This document shows, piece after piece, positions 58,492 to 64,000 of a stretch of 64,000 nucleotides of DNA. The DNA is from an uncultured Chloroflexia bacterium (lineage in GTDB: Bacteria; Chloroflexota; Limnocylindria; Limnocylindrales; CSP1-4): the NCBI GenBank assembly GCA_963813535.1, contig CAWEZH010000002.1, forward strand, positions 1,792,001 to 1,856,000, given 5' to 3'. The position numbers were made by a program, and so were the translations under genes. The notes below the pieces were generated by a model that saw only the letters and a program-made list of their open reading frames with translations, was not told where the DNA came from and searched no databases. Position 1 is the first letter of the stretch. The number at the start of each line of letters is the position of its first letter.

Positions 58492-59109
58492 CTACGCGCG
58501 GGCCACCGGCCTCAAGAGCCCACCCGCGACCATATCCAGCGTGCCCTCGATGATCGCTTCCCGCTCACCCTGCGGCAGCAGACCATCGCCCAGCAGGACG
58601 GCCGCGCCATGGACCGCGATCCATGCGAGCGCTTCGGCCCCGCTTCGTCGAACGGCCAGCAGCCCTGCTGACTGGAGCGCATCGAGGGCCTCGGAAAGGA
58701 CCGCGTAGGGGGATGGTTCGTCGGGCACGTAGAGGTCTGGGGGGCACGCGCGAAATGCGACTTCGAACAGGCCCGGCTCGTCGAGCGCGAACGTGATGTA
58801 GGCGCGGCCAGTGGCTCGGAAGCGAGCGACGGGCGGCGAGGTCCCCTCCCCCGGCACGGCCGTCGTGGCATCGATCATGCGCCGTGCGAGCGCCTCCCGC
58901 CCCTCGGACGCGACCTGGGCGAGCAGGCCTTCGCAATTCGGGAAGTGGCGATATGCGGCGCTCGGCGAGACGCCCACGCGCCGAGCGGCCTCGCGCACCA
59001 CGACGCCATCGGCACCGCCGCTGGCGGCCAGGTCGGTCGCGGCCGACACCAGGGCGCGGCGAAGGTCGCCGTGGTGGTACGGGCGGACGACCGCTGTCGA
59101 TGTTGTCAT
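58492..59109 (-). CDS. TetR family regulator (WHG-type C-terminus)
   Basis: YHHGDLR, REAARRVGVSPSAAYRHF, WIAVHG. Confidence 0.9.
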   Translation of the reverse strand: MTTSTAVVRPYHHGDLRRALVSAATDLAASGGADGVVVREAARRVGVSPSAAYRHFPNCEGLLAQVASEGREALARRMIDATTAVPGEGTSPPVARFRATGRAYITFALDEPGLFEVAFRACPPDLYVPDEPSPYAVLSEALDALQSAGLLAVRRSGAEALAWIAVHGAAVLLGDGLLPQGEREAIIEGTLDMVAGGLLRPVARA

Positions 59110-59115
59110 GCGTCT

Positions 59116-59162
59116 ATGTTGACACCGTTCACATCGACCTGTAAAGTGGACAGTGTTCACAT
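59116..59162 (+). promoter_or_regulatory. promoter TTGACA-N17-TAAAGT with two imperfect palindromic TetR-type operators
   Basis: GTTGACACCGTTCAC and GTGGACAGTGTTCAC overlap the -35 (59119-59124) and -10 (59142-59147). Confidence 0.7.
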
Positions 59163-59194
59163 CACCGTCACCGACGACAGGAGACAGCACCGCC

Positions 59195-59701
59195 ATGGCA
59201 GAGGTCATCAACGGTCGCCGCACGGCCGGTCTCGACGACGACGTCGTCGTCTTCCTCATCGGTATGCGCATCAATCGATGGCGACACCTGCGCTCGTGGC
59301 TGCCCGCATTCCGGGCCATGCCGCGGATGCTGCGCGAGCTGGGTGCCGATCCCGATCTCGGATTGCTGCGCGTGCAGAGCTTCTGGGCCGGACGGGTCAT
59401 CATCGCCGTCCAGTACTGGCGCTCGTTCGAGCAGCTCGAGGCCTTCGCGCGGTCGAGGGACCACGAGCACCTGCCCGCCTGGCGCGAGTTCAATCGCCTG
59501 GTCCGCGACAATGGCGATGTCGGCATCTTCCACGAGACGTACAGGGTGGGGCCAGGGACGGCCGAGACGTTCTACGGGAACATGCCGCCGTTCGGACTGG
59601 CCGCTGCGGTCGGCGTCGTGCCGGTGGAAGGCCGCGGGCAGACGGCAGCCCGGCGGATGGGGACGCGGACGACGGACGAGCCGGCAGTCGCGCCCTACTG
59701 A
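59195..59701 (+). CDS. DUF4188 family protein (heme/ABM-like fold)
   Basis: VVVFLIGMRIN, VQYWRSFEQLE, HLPAW, GIFHETY, YGNMPPFGL. Confidence 0.85.
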   Translation: MAEVINGRRTAGLDDDVVVFLIGMRINRWRHLRSWLPAFRAMPRMLRELGADPDLGLLRVQSFWAGRVIIAVQYWRSFEQLEAFARSRDHEHLPAWREFNRLVRDNGDVGIFHETYRVGPGTAETFYGNMPPFGLAAAVGVVPVEGRGQTAARRMGTRTTDEPAVAPY

Positions 59702-60174
59702 TCGACGACGGTCACGTCGACGGTCTCGGCCCCGAGGGCAGCCACGAGATCGGCCGGCGCGAGATGGAGGTTGACGCCGAACGCACCGCCTCCGACCGAC
59801 ACGACGGGCTCGTCCAGGACGGATGTGTCGAGGATGACGGGCCATGCTCGCGCCGAGCCGAAGGGCGTGATCGTGAAGCGCTCGTAGCCGGTGACGGAGC
59901 GTGCCTCATCCGCGTCCGGCAGCGTCATCCGGCGCAGGCCGAGATGCGAACGGAGTTTCGGCCAGTCGAACCGCCGACCGGCCGGCACGAGCACGAACAG
60001 GTAGTCATCCTCGCCGCGACGGACGACGATCGTGCGGAGGAGGGCGCCGATCGGTATGCCCTGGAGGCTCGCCGCTTCCTCGGCGCTGCCCGCCCGTTCC
60101 GTCCGGACGACCGTGAAGGGGACGCCCGTGGCGGCGATCGACACGATGGCCGGAGTGTCGCCGTCCGTCGCCAT
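59695..60174 (-). CDS. YbaK/EbsC family aminoacyl-tRNA deacylase
   Basis: SAEEAA, LLRTIVV, TGYERFTITPFG, VSVGGG. Confidence 0.85.
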   Translation of the reverse strand: MATDGDTPAIVSIAATGVPFTVVRTERAGSAEEAASLQGIPIGALLRTIVVRRGEDDYLFVLVPAGRRFDWPKLRSHLGLRRMTLPDADEARSVTGYERFTITPFGSARAWPVILDTSVLDEPVVSVGGGAFGVNLHLAPADLVAALGAETVDVTVVDQ

Positions 60175-60175
60175 C

Positions 60176-60932
60176 TCAGCCGGTGAACACGCTGCCGCCG
60201 TTCGGCGACAGCACCTGACCGACATAGGCATCGCCGCCCGGACCGGCCAGGAAGGCGATGGTCGCGGCGATCTCCTCCGGGCTCGAGGAACCGACCGATC
60301 CGCATCGTCGCCAGCTCGGCCTCGATGGCGGCCGGATCGTTGTCGCGCAGCATCGGCGTGTCGACCGGCCCGGGTGCGACGGCGTTGACGAGGATCCCTG
60401 ACGGCGCGAGCTGGTAGGCGAGGGCTCGCGTGAACCCGACGAGCGCCGCCTTGGCCGTCACGTACTGCACGCTCTGGTTGCCGAGCCACACGGCCTCCGA
60501 TGCGATGTTGACGATGCGGCCCCAGCCCGTCTCCGACATCCCGGGCAGGACGGTCTTCGTGACGTGGAACGCGCCATCGACATGGACGTCGAGCACGCGC
60601 CGCCAATCGTGGAACGAGGTGCCGGCGAACGTCCCGGCGCCCGGCACGCCCGCGTTGTTGACGAGGACGCCGACCGGCCCGTGGTCGGTGACGAGACCGC
60701 CGACCACCCGCGCGACAGCGTCTGCGTCGGTCACATCGGCGGCGAGTGCCTCGGCGCCGCCACCCGCGGCGACGATCGAGGCTGCCACCGCCGCGACGCC
60801 CTCGCCATCCCGATCCAGGCAGCCGACGACCGCTCCATCGGCGGCGAGGCGCAGCGACGTCGCCCGGCCGATCCCGGATGCCGCACCGGTCACCAGGGCG
60901 ACACGACCCTCGAGCGGGCGCCGATCAGCCAC
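60176..60932 (-). CDS. SDR family oxidoreductase (FabG-like); +1 frameshift near 60279
   Basis: TGAASGIG, NNAG, YVTAK, NAVAPG. Confidence 0.88.
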
Positions 60933-62056
60933 GCTGCCCCGCGAACCGGGCCAGGTGGATCGGCCGGTAGCGGTCGTAGAGCGTCACGATCAGCGTCAGC
61001 AACAGCACGAAGACGAGGGCATGCTCGAGCCGGCGCCCGGTCAGGGACGCGAGCACGAATTGGCCGACCGCCACGACGACCACGTTCACGACCAGCATGG
61101 CGCCGAACTGGCGGATGGTGGAAGCCCACTGCCGTCCCCGCCGGACCAGGCCTTCGCTGATGATCGTGTTGACGACGATCACGACCGCGATCCCGAGGGC
61201 AGTCCCGACGGGACTCGCGTCGACCCCGGGCAGCATCCGTCCGAAGATGATCGATACCAGGGACACGAACACGATCTTCTCGAGCAGCTCACGGTCGACC
61301 AGCCGCTCGGCCAGGAGGTGTCGCTCCCGCTCGATGAGGGACGGGTCGACCGGTTCCTGACGTTCATCGGCGTCGAACGTCAGTGGACGGTCGGCCGGGG
61401 GCAGGCGTCGAGTGAACAGCCACCACGCGCCGACGGCGAGGAGCCCCAGCGCGACCGCGACGACGACGATCACGGTCGGTCGGTTGGCGATCGCTTCCGA
61501 CCAGGTCGCGTCGGTCGACACGCCGAACACGGCCGTCTTGATGAGATCGGTCGTGTCGAGCTGGGCGACGTGGATCCACCACTCCTGGGGCAGCTTGATC
61601 ACGATCCAGATGAACGCGGCCGCGCCGATGACCAGCCGCTTCGACATCCGTCAGCGGATCCCACCGTGCGCGAACCGCCTCGTAGAAGTCGAAGAAGTAC
61701 TCGAACGTGTTGGGGAAGACCAACAGGATGGCGCGGATCTGCGTCAGTTCGAACAGGACGACGCCTACCAGGCGGTAGTAGTAGAGGAACCGGCTGACGC
61801 CGAACGCGGTCAGGTGCGTCCAGTTCCGGAGCGTTGCCGTGTAGGCGATGCCCAGGTAGTAGACGTCGAGCGCCTTGTCGTAGCTCTGGTAGCCGTCCAG
61901 ATCGAGGCTCGTGAAGGTCTGGAAGATGGTCTGGTCGAGCCCGTCGATGACCAGCGCCGCGAGCATCGCCGGCAGCGGGAAGCGCGGGATCGCAAGTGGG
62001 ACCAGGATGCGGGTCGCGATGACGACCGCGAGGATCACGCCGTCCAAGGCGCTCAC
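60925..62056 (-). CDS. hypothetical polytopic membrane protein; +1 frameshift near 61651
   Basis: YQSYDKALDVYYL, FPNTFEYFF, IKLPQEWWIH; many TMs across two consecutive ORFs. Confidence 0.7.
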
Positions 62057-62101
62057 GTCCTCCTTCGGCGGCGTGGTCGGTGGGCCGAGGATACGCGACG
62101 G

Positions 62102-62860
62102 TCATCGCGTTCCGATCGGATCGACGAGCTCGATGCGGATGCGCTTGTTGATGCGGCCCTTCGACTCGTAGCCCGTCACTCGGATGCCACCGACCTCTCG
62201 GGTGTTCGCCACGTGGGTCCCGCCGTCCGCCTGCAGGTCGAGGCCGACGATCTCGATCGTCCGGATCTCCTCGATGCCCTCGGGCAGCAGGTTGATCTTC
62301 GTGCGGATCAGGTCCGGGATGGCGAACGCCTGCGCGCGGGGCAGCACGTTGACCCGGACGTCGCGCTCGGCAGCGAGCTCGAGGTTGACCGCCGCTTCGA
62401 TCGAATCGACGAGGTCGCCGGACATCGACTCGAACTCGAAGTCCATCCGACCGGAGCCCGGCTCCATGTTGCCGCCGGTCACCTGGGCACCGTGGTCGCG
62501 CCACACGACGCCGCACAGCGCATGTAGCGCCGTGTGGGTCCGCATCAACGCAAAGCGGCGGGCCCAGTCGAGATCGATGTCGACCGCGTCACCGATCGCC
62601 GGCGGGTCCTCGTCGCCGGGCTCGAGTTCATGGACGATCTCCGTGCCGGCCTTCCTGGCGGCGCGGACGGTCCAGCGGCGGCCGTCGGCGGTTCGCAGGA
62701 TCAGGCCGCGATCGGACGGCTGGCCGCCACCGCCCGGGTAGAACACCGTCCGATCGAGCACGATCAGCGGTGCGTCGCCGACCTCCACGTGTCGCACGGT
62801 GGCACCGACCGACCGCGCATAGGCATCGGTGTAGCAGATCTGCTCACCGGGGGGCGTCAC
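62102..62860 (-). CDS. alaX: AlaX-M type alanyl-tRNA editing protein
   Basis: LDRTVFYPGGGGQPSD, MRTHTALH, DLQADGGTHV. Confidence 0.9.
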   Translation of the reverse strand: MTPPGEQICYTDAYARSVGATVRHVEVGDAPLIVLDRTVFYPGGGGQPSDRGLILRTADGRRWTVRAARKAGTEIVHELEPGDEDPPAIGDAVDIDLDWARRFALMRTHTALHALCGVVWRDHGAQVTGGNMEPGSGRMDFEFESMSGDLVDSIEAAVNLELAAERDVRVNVLPRAQAFAIPDLIRTKINLLPEGIEEIRTIEIVGLDLQADGGTHVANTREVGGIRVTGYESKGRINKRIRIELVDPIGTR

Positions 62861-63369
62861 TCGGCGGTGAGCGTCCCGGTCATGTTCGGATGGACCGTAC
62901 ACACGAACGCGTAGTCGCCGACCGCGAGGGCCGGGGCGTCGTAGGTGCGCTCGTCGACACCCGGGAAGATCTCGCCTTCGAAGATGGACGTCCCGGCCGC
63001 GTCCTTGATCGCGACGTTATGCGGGATCGACGGGTCGTTGTTGACGAAGTGGATCTGGAATGGGGTGTCAGCAGGCACCGCCTCCTGGGTCGTGTTGAAC
63101 GCGATGCCCTCGGCCTCGATCTCCAGGACCTCGCCCGAGCCGGCGGAGGCCGATGCGCTCGACGAGGGCGAGGCGGAGGCTGATGGGGCAGCCGACTCGG
63201 ACGGCGACGCCGAGCCGCTCGGGGCAGCGGAACCGCTCGCGGCGGCCGATCCGCTCGGGAGCGGCGTCGCGGAGGGAGCCGGGGCGTAGGTCCAGCCCGG
63301 CTTCGCCGACGTGCACGCGACGAGCACGAGCAGCAGGGCGAGTCCGAACAGGGGACGCAGGGTTCGCAT
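62857..63369 (-). CDS. cupredoxin (blue copper) lipoprotein
   Basis: Lipobox LVAC; Ser/Ala/Pro linker; HNV...FVCTVHPNMTG. Confidence 0.88.
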   Translation of the reverse strand: MRTLRPLFGLALLLVLVACTSAKPGWTYAPAPSATPLPSGSAAASGSAAPSGSASPSESAAPSASASPSSSASASAGSGEVLEIEAEGIAFNTTQEAVPADTPFQIHFVNNDPSIPHNVAIKDAAGTSIFEGEIFPGVDERTYDAPALAVGDYAFVCTVHPNMTGTLTAE

Positions 63370-63444
63370 TGGGTTCGGGAGGCCTCATCGGAAGGGGTCC
63401 GTTTGTCGCAACGATGCTACCGCGTCGGCGACCGTCCGGTCCCA

Positions 63445-63516
63445 CCAGTACCAGTGACCCAGTACCTGACTAGTACCATCGTCCGGATTGTCCCCTGACC
63501 ATATGGCGACTAGCCT
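63445..63516 (+). promoter_or_regulatory. promoter TTGTCC-N17-TAGCCT preceded by three C(C/T)AGTACC direct repeats
   Basis: Repeats at 63445, 63459 and 63470; -35 at 63488-63493; -10 at 63511-63516. Confidence 0.6.
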
Positions 63517-63577
63517 CCAGTTTCCCCGGATGGATGCGAACGACGCACCCAGGGGAGACCGGAGAGCGCATATCCTC

Positions 63578-63676
63578 ATGTTCCGTTCCGTTGTCGATCG
63601 AGCCTGGCACCTCGCGGTGACCGTCGGCCCGATCGTCGTCATCGCTCTCGCGCTCGTGGCCGCTCGCCGCTGGTGA
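63578..63676 (+). CDS. 32-aa hydrophobic peptide MFRSVVDRAWHLAVTVGPIVVIALALVAARRW
   Basis: Own promoter, GGAGAG upstream, single TM helix with basic C-terminus, downstream terminator. Confidence 0.55.
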   Translation: MFRSVVDRAWHLAVTVGPIVVIALALVAARRW

Positions 63677-63773
63677 TACCGGCGGCCAAGGGGCCGTGCG
63701 AGCGGTCGCGGTATCGCGACCACTGACTCGCTATTCGCTCGCCGGACATTGCTGGCCGGCGATCGTCCTCATT

Positions 63774-63810
63774 CGAGACCCGGGGACCTCCCCCCGGGTC
63801 TCGCTTTTTT
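63774..63810 (+). terminator. intrinsic terminator with an ACCUCC loop
   Basis: CGAGACCCGGGG/CCCCGGGTCTCG followed by CTTTTTT. Confidence 0.8.
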
Positions 63811-63830
63811 GTGCGTCGCGTCCGGTCGGT

Positions 63831-64000
63831 TCAGACCCTGTCTGTCAGCCCGAGGCGGATCGCAACGGTGGCGGCTTCGACCCGACCCGACACGCCGAGC
63901 TTGGCCAGGATGTTGCCGACGTGGACGCCCACCGTCTTCTGGCTGATGAACAGCCGCTCCCCGATCTCCCGGTTCGTCCGACCTCGAGCGATCTGGACGA
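63831..64000 (-). CDS. LuxR/NarL-type HTH regulator, C-terminal part (partial)
   Basis: IARGRTNREIGERLFISQKTVGVHVGNILAKLGVSGRVEAA. Confidence 0.92.
   Translation of the reverse strand, partial: VQIARGRTNREIGERLFISQKTVGVHVGNILAKLGVSGRVEAATVAIRLGLTDRV

Noticed and set aside
1-64000. CRISPR array, transposase, integrase, prophage or rRNA
   Set aside because: No regularly spaced repeat-spacer pattern and no recognisable Cas, recombinase, phage or rRNA sequence seen

Overview
High-GC (roughly 70% by eye), gene-dense bacterial chromosomal segment. Gene style suggests a monoderm Terrabacteria lineage, plausibly Chloroflexota such as Limnocylindria/Ellin6529 (inference only). No CRISPR array, rRNA, transposase, integrase or prophage was found. 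About 65 CDSs and one tRNA-Arg(TCG) are supported. About 12 single-base (+1) insertions split otherwise intact genes and look like long-read errors. Main blocks: (1) housekeeping and redox genes (PIG-L deacetylase, bcp, thiN, YbaK); (2) a DnaA-box-like cluster with a candidate ~110-nt structured sRNA; (3) a BldC/Xis-like HTH + 4 GAF + GGDEF protein with repeats in its own promoter; (4) two tandem SAM hydroxide adenosyltransferases with an ECF transporter; (5) WYL, CAP, HD, M23 and VIT1 genes; (6) a nicotinate-type catabolic operon (Ndh, enamidase, DUF1185) with an LLM/F420-type reductase and no Hnr in the window; (7) csp-GT4-(alpha/alpha)-barrel-GH130 with a structured spacer and an apparent ATC start; (8) an uncharacterised catabolic island (M24, E1 alpha/beta without E2, beta-hydroxyacid dehydrogenase, amidohydrolase, bicupin, SDR, XRE); (9) kynA and pntAB; (10) a TadE-TadE-TadG-TadG pilus-tip locus with a 415-bp duplicated N-terminus; (11) an RCK channel with a degenerate filter; (12) a 32-aa hydrophobic peptide with its own promoter, operator repeats and structured 3'UTR, next to a LuxR regulator. 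Most intriguing: the putative F420-linked nicotinate route, the HTH-diguanylate cyclase, the unknown M24/ThDP island, and the small-protein + CCUCC-loop RNA modules.
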